Shown here: in pieces, positions 26,606 through 37,630 of the stretch
Numbering within the stretch: the stretch's first letter is position 1
Layout of the letters: every line of letters starts with the position of its first letter
Source of the DNA: Auanema rhodensis
Lineage: Eukaryota > Animalia > Nematoda
Assembly (NCBI GenBank): GCA_964057225.1
Contig: OZ059894.1
Coordinates: 6,138,001-6,202,000, forward strand
DNA length: 64,000 nucleotides
Direction of reading: 5' to 3'
Notes under the pieces: model-generated
What the model was told of the DNA's origin: nothing
The model's database searches: none
What the model saw: only the letters and a program-made list of their open reading frames with translations
Made by a program: the position numbers and the translations under genes

Positions 26606-27997
26606 ATGAATAATTTGGTTGATTACGACGATGAGAGTGATGAAGAATCTCCTAGAAGAATCTCTGTTCAAGGTAACCACATATAATTAACGAAATAAAA
26701 TTGCTCTTCAGTTCCTAAAAATCCTTTATTAAAACCTAGTATATCTCCTAGAGAACGTAGAGATTCCGATTTATATGATGGTAAAGCTTTTTTGTATATA
26801 ATATGTTATGTGTTTCATTTTTCTCAAGACTCTGAAGCCTTTGGCGATTATCGTCGTAAATCAACATCACCACGATCCGAAAGAAGTGATACCTTAGATT
26901 TTGCTGAGCCGCCACCTCCTAAACGACCGAAAGATACTCCATCCCCTACAGAAGAATCTTCTTTAAGTATGGCTAGGGTATTTAGTTTTTGTTTTTTAAA
27001 TATCACCACACTCACTGCTTCAGATATCTTCAACAGCATCTCTGGTCTCTTATGGAGGAGAAGATGGCTTTGATCAAGGTGATGTTGGAAATAAATATTT
27101 AAATCATAATACGAAAAATTTTCAGCAGAAAGAGAAGGTGCTGATATTGATAAGGAGAGAGACAGTCCACCTTCAACAGATATGGTCGAACCTCGTCCAC
27201 CTGAAAGAAAAAGCCAGGTATTCAGTCTAATAGCTATCCATAAAGAAAAAAAACATATAGGATTGCGAAAGTGATGATGAAAACGAAAGAATAATCGACG
27301 AAGCATTAGAGAGTGCCCAACTAGCTTTAAAAGAGGTTTAAATTTCATTTAAAATATTTAATGTTATATGTCTTCAGAGGCAAGGTGGATCAGAGGGAAG
27401 TTTAACACCTGTAAATGACTTAGATAGTCCTAGGACGCCAGATATTGAGGAAAAGGTGCAAGAATTTTTCAAAAGTATTTATAATATAAAAATTAGGATG
27501 ATGATTCAACAATTAACGAAATTCAAATTCCTCCATCTCCAGAAGGAGAATGCGATTCTCATTTAGAAGTAAGTGCCCTGTTCTATCTTTTGTAAACTAT
27601 CAGTTTTTCTATTTTAGCAAAAGATACAATTTTTCTTTGAGAAAAAAGCTCAAGGGATTGATTTGAATCAACAATTACAAAGCAAAAGGGAGTTTCTAAA
27701 TCCTTCATGTTATGAAAGTTTTATAGAAAGGTTCGATCTCGATGAGAAAGGTTTGTTGATGTTTTCTATACATCGCCAAATCATCACTTCTTTCTTAGGC
27801 TCCAATTTCTCTTCCCATATTTTTGATCCTCATGGTTTTCCAGACGATTGCTTCTTTGAAAGATTAAGTAACATCTTTCATATTGTTCTTAAAAATTTTT
27901 TTATTTTTTAGATGAAGACCAACGAAAATTAACCGATGCAAAAGAGAAGGAATCGCAAAAAAAATCTCACCCCTCATCTGTTGCTCGAAACCCATAA
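26606..27997 (+). CDS. SAP30BP: SAP30-binding protein (HCNGP family)
   Basis: Acidic N-terminus MNNLVDYDDESDEE and LVSYG motif. HCNGP domain IPPSPEGECDSHLE...QSKREFLNPSCYESFIERFDLDEKGSNF...FDPHGF. Confidence 0.9.
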
Positions 27998-28191
27998 ATT
28001 ATTTGAATTGCAAATGTTGTTTTATATTATATACTGCTCAAGTTTTTGTGAAAATTTCTGAGGCAGATTTTCTGTGGACTAATTATTATTATTAAATTTG
28101 AATTAACATCATCTATTTTATAAATCAGACAAGGTTTTCCGGGTTTTATTCTGCTTTTATGCTAATTTATAAAAGTATTGTTTTGTTTAGT

Positions 28192-29840
28192 ATGATTCAA
28201 GGAATTGGCTTGTGTTCAAGAGCTGTTTCGAGGTTTTTTTAAAGTTTTTGAATCACTTAACCTCGACTCTCAGATCAGCTGATTCTACTGGCTTACTATC
28301 TGTTCAAAGTTTTAAATATATTGATCAACTTTCAAACTATTTATCCAAAAACTTTATTATTCATGAACCAGGTAAATAATCAAGTATAATTTTCAAAATA
28401 TAGTGTTAGTGGTATAGGAAAATTCTTGATAATACCAAAACCCTATGGTATATCATGTGTTGGAGATAAACAGCCCAATGGTGGTGTATTTACATCAGGA
28501 AAGCATAATGAGAAAGATGAAGATGAGTCTCTTTTAAAGGTTTGAATACTTGATATTATTTTTTATATTTTTGGAATTTCAGAAAAGGTCAGATCGAGAT
28601 GTTACCATAACTGATTGTTTACCTAATCTTCAACATATTTTTCGTGAGCCTAAGCTGCAGTTTTGTGTAGGACTTAAAAGGTTAATTGGCTATTTTTAAA
28701 ATATATTTTGAACAAATCGTTTGATGTAATCTATTAAATATTCAATGTTTCTTTTTAATTATCCGAACATTTAGTGTTAATAACTATTATAGGAATATCT
28801 CTGGTGCGATAGTTCTTCCAGCAAATGACAAAGAATCTGTTAAGCTGAAGAATAGTGTCAAATATTCGTCTCTTAGCAATTCTCAGAATGAGTTTCATTA
28901 TAGATCCTTGTAAGGTTTATTTTATCAAACTTTAAAACAAATTTTTTTTTAGGGCTATCCTATTAGGTAATCCTCCGTCGAATGAATCTAGTATATCGGG
29001 GTATGCTACATTTGTTCCCGTGGGATCGTATAAAGAAGTAATGATCATTCATTTTAATTGATGAATATGATGAACTCTTAGACACATTTTATTACAGTAT
29101 ATTTTTGTGGAGGGAAAAGCTACAAAAAGAGCAAAAGCAGGACATTATGCTGTAGCAGGAACAATGAATTATCGGGTTTTAAGTAGAAAACATGGATGTT
29201 CACTAGTAGAATTTGGAATTAATAAGTGTAAGAATACGGTTATGAGAAGTTATATATCTTAGTTTTCAGTTTCTCGTCACCTACCCAGGTTGATGTTTTC
29301 TCATATGCTTTGTCCTATATTAGGTGATAGAATTTATTCAAATCGCCTAATCAATGTTGATGGCAAGCCAGCTCTCTTGAATCCTTCAAAACGAAATCGA
29401 AAAACTAACCTCGTTTGTTTCTAAAATTGCTTGCAAATCTAATTGTTTTTGAAATCTGCAGTGGTTTCCTACTTCAATTGGGACTCAATTGGGTATTCAA
29501 ACTGGAGAATTACAACGATCGATGCCTTTATACTGTCACGTATATTCTACGGTACTGATAAATTGCAGTGTTTATAAACAATAAGAAACTTTCAAGCTTT
29601 TTCCCCGATATGGATGGTCTCATGGGATGCCCAAAGAACAACAAGACATAACCGACTTAATCGCAGCCATACCTCCACCTGGTAAAACTTTTGAATTTCA
29701 TCTCACAATGCTTGAGCAAATTTCCAGATCATTTCATGGCTATGATAAAAGCTTTAAATATGGAAGGTGATCTTTTAAGATTTTTCCGAGAAAACGATGA
29801 TCCTATATCGTCTGATGTTGGTGGTGATCTAGCTTTTTAA
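28192..29840 (+). CDS. RluA-family pseudouridine synthase-like protein, RPUSD3-like (probably mitochondrial; catalytic Asp absent)
   Basis: Motif I-like PKPYG, motif II region VGLKRNISG, motif III LCPILGDRIY and C-terminal AIPPPDHF. All introns are GT-AG. Confidence 0.8.
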
Positions 29841-30518
29841 AAAATGTTTGTTTATTGTTATTGTTGGTTTGTTCATATTGTATATAATATTTCAGTTTTT
29901 TTCGAATAAAGTTAGGAAACTAATCATAAATAGTCGTTTCAAACTTTACATCTAAGTTCCTTGTCCAATTCATAAGACATATGGTTATTCAGAAAAATTT
30001 ACTGGGCAATATCAGGCTTTTCACCAGATGTTACAAACACATGGACCACCCTGGGTTCTCAGAATTTTAATACATTTGATAGCTTACGTTTGACATTGAT
30101 AGTAAGCAGTTCAAAAAGATGGAAAAGAAATATGGTTTTATTGGTCCTTCAGGATGACTGTAAGTGTTATAATTGAGTCCTTGTTCAATTCTTCATTATC
30201 TATGATTACAAGAAACAATGGTATATTAACTAAGCCTAAGGTTCTAGTAACATGAGAGCTAAAAGTGCCATCAGCATATATCCGATTAAGCAATTATCGG
30301 GGCACGAATCATATCAAACAATAACCTATCAAATGTGAACATGACAGGAAAGAATATCAGACACACCCTCAAGTTACAATACCTTGAAGCAATATTGTGA
30401 GGATCTCCGCCTCTGTCTGGGTCATACAGGAGACTCCACCCATTTCTCTTACTATATATAGAGTTGGTTAAGCTCATTCGCCATGGAGATATCTCGACTA
30501 TTCAATAAATAAGCGAGA

Positions 30519-31464
30519 ATGTCTACTATCTTAGCTATAACCAGCATTGCTGCTTTGCTGATGCTTAGCGTTTTAGCAGAAAAAGGTGATAAATCGTAAC
30601 CTTCCGTTTGTACTCACACTTATCTAATATTTTTTTTATTTATGTATCCATGTGTGAAGCAGTATTTGGCATAAATATTAGATGTTGAACTTATTTTCTT
30701 TAATAAGAATTGAGTTCTTAAACATTCTGATGATCTTTGTTGTCATAGATGCTGTTTAACTAACAAGAATTTAACCATTTCTCTTTATTGTATATTTAAT
30801 AATTGTTTTTATTTAGATTTACATGTTGTTGCTGAAAAATGTTGCGCAACCGAGAACTTGGAATGTTGTATAGATTCCATGCAATTCTTGTATGTTTAGA
30901 TTATTTAGACTGAAAAACTTCATAAAAAAAGAGTGTGTGAGCTAGAGTTTAATAATAATTTTCAGTAAACCATTAACATGTGTGGAAAACTACGAAGAAA
31001 GACTCGAAATGGTTAAATGCATGCAAGAGCAACTCTTTGGCGCTCCAAATCCTCTTGCAGTTGTTGGTGAAGGTAAACGATCTTTAGATCGTACAAATCA
31101 TATAGTTTCTCTAATTCCAGATATCGGATGCTGCTCTGTCTTCGATATCAATGACAATGATCCAGATGCCAACTGTCTCTATCAATGTGAGAATGTCATC
31201 ATGACTCCATCTCTTCATCCCCGTGAGAAAAGCAGAAAGATCCGTAAATGTATGATGAAGAATACAGTATACAAGGTAATATATGAGATTAATGATCGTA
31301 TTCAAAGTAAAATTTGATCCTTTCAGTGTTTCGTCAAATGTCAAGCTATGAGAAGAATTCATCCTGAAAGCACATTTCACATTACTACGAGCTGCAACTT
31401 GACTGACTTCATAAGACCAAACCAATACTACATGAATTTCATGAAGCCTCTTCCCCAACTATAA
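30519..31464 (+). CDS. Secreted cysteine-rich nematode protein (resembles C. elegans ZC412.3 family, from memory)
   Basis: TATA-like TATATAGAG near 30455; signal MSTILAITSIAALLMLSVLA; 5 exons; CC-x5-CC, CCSVF, CLYQC and CFVKC patterns; TAA at 31462-31464. Confidence 0.8.
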
Positions 31465-32474
31465 ATACTGTTCTACGAGCAAAAATCAAATTACATCTAA
31501 TTTTATAACAAAATTATATCTTATCTATATCTATACATAAATATATTTATATATATTTTTTTAAATTTATATTATTTGTTATGAATATTATATTCTTAAC
31601 ATCTTTAATAAATCTAAATTTCAACAAACACAACAAAACGTGTTATTATTGAAACTGTTCTTGAAAAGTTCCTTTTTCTTTTGAAACACTTTATGTGTTC
31701 AATTGCATGTTGAATTTATACTTGTGAAGAGATGACTAATTCCTCCCCGATTCCATATTTGAGTTTCTCAAACTTTCAATATTTGCAAAGCTGAATTCAG
31801 TCATTACTGGAAATGAAAAAAAATAAAAAGAATCGTCTTTACTAGCAGCAGATATATGGCATCATGCTTATAATCTTTCTTCTCGTGTTTTCTCTAGAAG
31901 GTTGGCTAATAGATGTTTATCAACGAAAACCAATTTGAATTTTTTTCCCTGATAAGAAAATCAATGATATTACAGATACTATAGCAGCTTGCTCCATAAT
32001 GTTCGATTATGATTTAAACTTGTTTTTTCAAAATCAAATTCCTCTCTTTCTTTTTATATTCCTGTATTTTTTACTTGTTTTCTTATTGTATTGTCTTATT
32101 CGTTTTCTTCTCTAATGATTTCTGTTTCAACTGTTGAAACTAGTAAAAAATTTTATTTTATTTCGCAATCTTGCATTCAATTTGGTCATATCTCATTCAC
32201 CTTCTCAAATCGTACTGTATTTCACTTCTAGCCTGTAACTACGTATATTATAATAAGAGAAGTGTTGTTTTCCTTAAAACTTAATCTCAATGTAAAGCTT
32301 TCTCGTGATCCATGACAAATTATATCACAACTAGTAACTAATAACAAATTATTTCACATTTCCTTTCCAAAGTTCATTTTATATATTTGTTTCAAAAAAT
32401 ACATTCCATGTTTGACTGAATGATAACAATTGATTATTGATTTACTTCTGTTTTAGTTTGGATAAGTCGATACC

Positions 32475-35400
32475 ATGTCGCAGCGACAGGACGGTATATT
32501 TCATTCATTTATATTAAATAAATATTAGTTATAGTTCAAAATTACATATTTTTATTAATTACATTGTATTATTAAAATTAGATGAAATTGAACTGTGATA
32601 TTCGCTACTAAACCATTGTGCTTTTTCTATCAAATATTTTGTTTCTAAGAAAAAGGTTTGTAAAGTTGATACGATAAAATGACTTTACAAGCGAAAAACA
32701 TAGAATGTACTCCACAATTTCATTAAACAAGTTCAATTGATAAGAGTTATATAACTTTTTGAACAGATTAATAAACCTGTGTAAACATTAAATAACACAT
32801 TTCTAAACAGTTGTATGAACTGAATACTAAATATAACCAGGAAGATCGTTATAAATATAATAAATAAAAACAATATTTTCAGATCATCTTCTGGGCTACC
32901 AGCATGGTCAACCTCATCCTGGTTATCAACAAGGAAATAATGGTTTGTTTAACTTTACTATGTACTCAATCAAGATTTCGTTCTTAACTAGTATTATACA
33001 TTTATTATTCACGTCATCGGATTATCATATATAAAAACTCTCTTTGTAATATAAATGTCGAAAGTCAGTAACTGATTCTTTATTTAAAAGCAAAATGCAA
33101 GTATGAGGGGAATATTTCCCGTAACTTGACATAACTTCATATAGGACAGGCGTAAATCTCGTGCATTAATCCGAGATGCTTCTCAAATAATAAATATTAA
33201 CTATTTTATACTCTGAAATATAATATTTAAATTTATTTTTATTTTTAAAGCGTATGAACATGAAAAAGTGTAATTTTTACTCAGGTTGTTATTATATTTG
33301 TTGATGAAAATACTTTCAATGTGTCATCATCAATTTATTAACTGATATCGTAAAATAAAATTTTAAAAACAAACTCATGTACTACGCTTATATCTTTTGT
33401 ATTTCGTTCCTACATTATTATGGAATATATAGAACCTCTCAGAAAGGTTTAAAGCATTGATTGTTCTGTCACTATGTGTATGTGTCTCTGACTGATGTTG
33501 GCAACCACATCATTTGAAAAGTGTCTGCCTTCTGAAGCCAGTAGCACGTGCCTACTTAACTGAAAAAGCTCTATCCTTAATCTCTTTATCTGATATTACT
33601 TTAAACTTAGTAAAGTTACTAACAGGCGAAACTATTTTCATATTTATTTACTTGCTGCAGTCACATGAATATGTGGTAGACGTTCATTGTTTTTTACGCA
33701 TGTTGTTCTCTTTTCTGAATATCGATTTTGATCGTGACGGAGCTGTAGTTGCTTTCTTTAGATTTGAAAAGAGTTTAGTTTGCTATATCCTAAGTGATGT
33801 CATAATCAACATTGCCACTTATTTTATTTTTAATGACGCATTGTTTCTTCAACATATTAATTCTCAAACGCTGCCTGGTCTATTGATTTGCCGCATGTAG
33901 ACGAAGATCGATTACGAAATTCTGGAAAATTCTCTTTTCTATACTTCTGTCTATATTTTTATGGAAGGAATTATTCAAAAATGTTTCTTTGTGGTTGATT
34001 GCCAATTTTTTCCTTTTCCAATGCTTTTCGGTCGAAGTATTTGCCTAGTAACAAGTTGAGTTATTACGCGCATACTAGCTATTGGAAAAATTTAATAATA
34101 CTTTTTTCCAGTTTATTATGTTATAAATTAGCAATTATATGATAGCACTTGAATTGTTTTTTTATTTTCTGATATTTCTTGTTTCATTTATTGTATCTTA
34201 ATCATTTTGTATTACAGTAATGAGCGGACCTTATCAACAACCTGGATACAATCCTCAGTATCCTCAAAACGCTCCATATGGAGCCAATGGCCCTCCACCA
34301 CCAGGTTGGAATCCTCAACAGCAACGTGAGCACATTTAGTGTCTTACCCTAACTATATTTGTTATGCTTTCAGACTTTGTTCCCCCTCCACACCCAGGCA
34401 TGATGGGTATGAGTAATATTGCGGAAGAAGGAAATGCTGGTGATAAGTATCATTTCAATTTCAGGTATTCTAAAGCTTAATACTATTTAAAAATGATTTT
34501 TCCTAGTGATCGAACGATTCGAGCTGCTTTTGTTCGCAAGGTGTTCGCTCTCGTAACTGTTATGGTTAGTTATATTCCAGGTTTTTGAAGTATGAATTGT
34601 TTTTAGCTTCTTGTTGTAGCTGTGATGACAGCTATTCCTTTCATTAATAAAGACTTCCAAATTACCATTCGGAGAAACATGGGCATGTACTGGGCAGCTT
34701 AGTAAGTTTAAACAGTTTGATAAAAATAAGTTTTTCTTCTTAAGTGGAGTATTCTTCGTTGTATATTTGGCTCTGGTGTGTTGTGAATCCGTTCGACGAT
34801 CTTTCCCAGCTAATATTATTCTTACTACAATCTTTGTAAGTTTATATCCATGTTTCCCGAAGAGAGATTTCCTACCTTTAGACTTTGGCTGTTGGATACA
34901 TGACCATGATTATCACTTCTTTCCATAGAGTTGAAACTGTACTTTTCACTTTAATCATTTGTACAATCTGTTGCGGAGGAATTGTAATCTTTGCTACTCA
35001 GACCAAATATGATCTTACAAAGTAATTTTTTTACAGTTTTTTTCGAACTATGTAAATTTTTTTTTTCAGTATGATGGGCATTATGTTTATTCTCTCCATG
35101 TGTTTGATGGTCTTTGGAATTGTTGCTGCCGTATCTGTAATTTGGTTCAAGGTAAAGCTCAAATTTTAGTACATATAGTTCTTTAAATTTTCAGTCGCCA
35201 TTCATTTATCTAATCTATGCTGCTCTAGCAAGTATTCTTTTCATGTTCTATCTCGCTATCGATATCCAGGTAATATTAGTAACTGTTAGAAGGTTTTATA
35301 TGAATCGATTAAGATGCTCATGGGAGGAAAGAAATATGAAATCTCTCCTGAAGATCACATATTCTCCGCTGTACAAATTTTCCTTGATATTGTTCACATA

Positions 35401-35764
35401 TTTTGGATGTTGCTGTCCCTCTTCGGCTCTAAGTAGGTTCAAATTTCATGTATAATTCAATCTATATTGGAATTACTAACTTGAATCTTCAAATTTCTAT
35501 AAGCTTTTTTTTATATTTCTAAAGATATAGGGCTTACATGCTCTGTCTTTCAGAGATTAAGCTTTGAACACACACTGCTTGTTTAATATGTGTTCGTTGA
35601 CTTAAAATAGTTAACCACGTGAGTTTTAGAGAATAATTTATGCTAGAATAGTTCCACAATGCTTAACCTTCTGTTATGTCTGGCTAACTGTTAATTTTAT
35701 TCATCTCTGTTAATCCACTCTGCTTTTTTAAATATTTAATTATGAATTTTCTTTCAGCAACTAG
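32475..35764 (+). CDS. TMBIM/lifeguard (Bax inhibitor-1 family) membrane protein, xbx-6/tag-120-like
   Basis: P/Y/Q/G-rich N-terminus, FSDRTIRAAFVRKVF, CCESVRRSFPAN, QTKYDLT and YLAIDIQMLMGGKKYEISPEDHIFSAVQIFLDIV. Two upstream exons splice in frame; an internal ATG lies at 34220. The final codons have three possible forms. Confidence 0.9.
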
Positions 35765-36218
35765 ACAATTAAGTCAAGCATTGGACGTGATTTCGTGTTT
35801 AGAAGATCTATCTTCTTCCAAAACTTCTAATAATATATTTGGCTTTGAATTTCGTTTTCTACTCTGTTCGTGATTATTAAAAATTTGTTGTACAAGTTTT
35901 TAATATAAAAAAATATTACTTGTATATTATGATAAATCATTGATTCGACCATAGTATCTGTTGTTTAATTTTTTTAATCTTAGTTGGAATGTTTCTATAA
36001 ATGGATATTATCTTTGTTTATACCGTATGAGCGAAGATAAGAAGAAAATAGTTTGTGACGCCACAGATAATCATATCCTAATCCTTCAGGAGAGATATTC
36101 CATATGTATATGAAATGTTTACTCTTCATTTTAAACATGGCATACGGAAGCTTGCTAAGTTTTTATCGGGTTTCTTGCTTTTCTTTCCCGGGAGAACGAA
36201 ACTAAGTCTTGCTCCGAT

Positions 36219-36859
36219 ATGAGCAGTTCTATGAGTGCTTCTCTACATTCTTCTTCAGTCTTTCTTCGAAAACGAGTGTCATTAAAGCCTTTAGATAACT
36301 TTGAAAATGTAAAGCATTTCATAGCTCTATATGGACTATCAATTTATCAGGATGACTTCTTGGCTGTAAGTGTTTGCTAGATTTTCTAAATAGCCCCAAA
36401 TATATTCCAGGTTACCGCAGAAAGTTTGATAATAAAATCTTACTATTATCCATCAGAAATTGCAATTAAAATTGACTGGAATCGTATATTAAAGGTGAAA
36501 TCTAACTAATTTTTTTGTTCAACTTTATTTCAATTGGAGGTCATCTTGCTAGATCATCCTAGTCAAAACGAATTTCCTGTAGTAAATTGGGGGATAAGTT
36601 TGGATAAATGCTGGTGGGCAAAGGATGATTTCAGGTTATTAATATGATTAAGTTCTATTACAGCTTTTTTTTTAGGAAATCACGTATGCAGTCTAAGAAA
36701 CATCAATATGTTAAAATTCGTTGTGCCGGAATATCATTCGATCGTGGTTTCAGCTGCGAAGATTTAGAAAAATTTAAAGAATCTCTATCAACACTTAAAC
36801 CTCAGATATACGTAGATGATAAAACTATGAATGAAACTTCAACTTTAACGTCATCTTGA
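36219..36859 (+). CDS. Small conserved protein of unknown function (YxD...YYxP...WG...WWAxD...GFSxED pattern)
   Basis: Four exons joined by GT-AG introns; motifs IYQDDFL, SYYYP, NWGISLDKCWWAKD and GFSCEDLEKF; TGA at 36857-36859. Confidence 0.7.
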
Positions 36860-37630
36860 ATATTCATCTATTGAAGTAAAAATAAATTTTAAAAGTAGAT
36901 TATCGTTCGTGGTATACCTGATTAGTAATAAGTCTAATATCCTTGTCTTTTATGCATGAAGCTACCTATTGATTTATTTCAAAGTATATCCTACATATTG
37001 CCAATATAATCTTATTTTATCGTTTGATTCGTAAAAATAAAATACATAGTATGAATATGAAACAAACTGATTTTTGGATAAAATTTATAGAAATCAACTA
37101 TTTATATAATTATTATCTTATTCTACTTAACTATTTTAAAAATTGAATACTTGTGATGATTATCAAACAAATCTATAAATGTTGCTGTCAAAGATTGTAT
37201 ATAAACATATTATTTCATTATTGATTTGATATTTGTTCTGATAATCCGATTTATTTATAGTATTTTGGAACGATTTAACTTTTTAATGAACTTTGTAAAG
37301 TTTTTCTAGCATCCTAATAAATAGTTTTGTTAGCTTATCCATAAGTATATCTTCTATTTGGAAGCATTTTTATAGAACATGCTTTTATTCTCATGACAAT
37401 CAAGCAGATGTTTGCACTGACATGGTTGCTAGGATATGAATTTTCAAAATTCTAACAACAACTAGTTCTTTTCAAGCGTCTGACTCTTCTACCTCAACCA
37501 ATGTTTCTGCCGTATACAGAGTTCTATAAATATTTTCTACTTTTGTGTCTTTGTATTTCGCATAAGTTTCTTTAATGTATTTCAATTTGGTGTTTATAGT
37601 CTTCTTTCAGTTTTTTCTTCGAATAGTTCA

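Noticed and set aside
30230-30240. CTAAGCCTAAG telomere-like or telomerase-template-like 11-mer
   Set aside because: Fewer than two repeat units, plausible by chance, and no supporting RNA structure.
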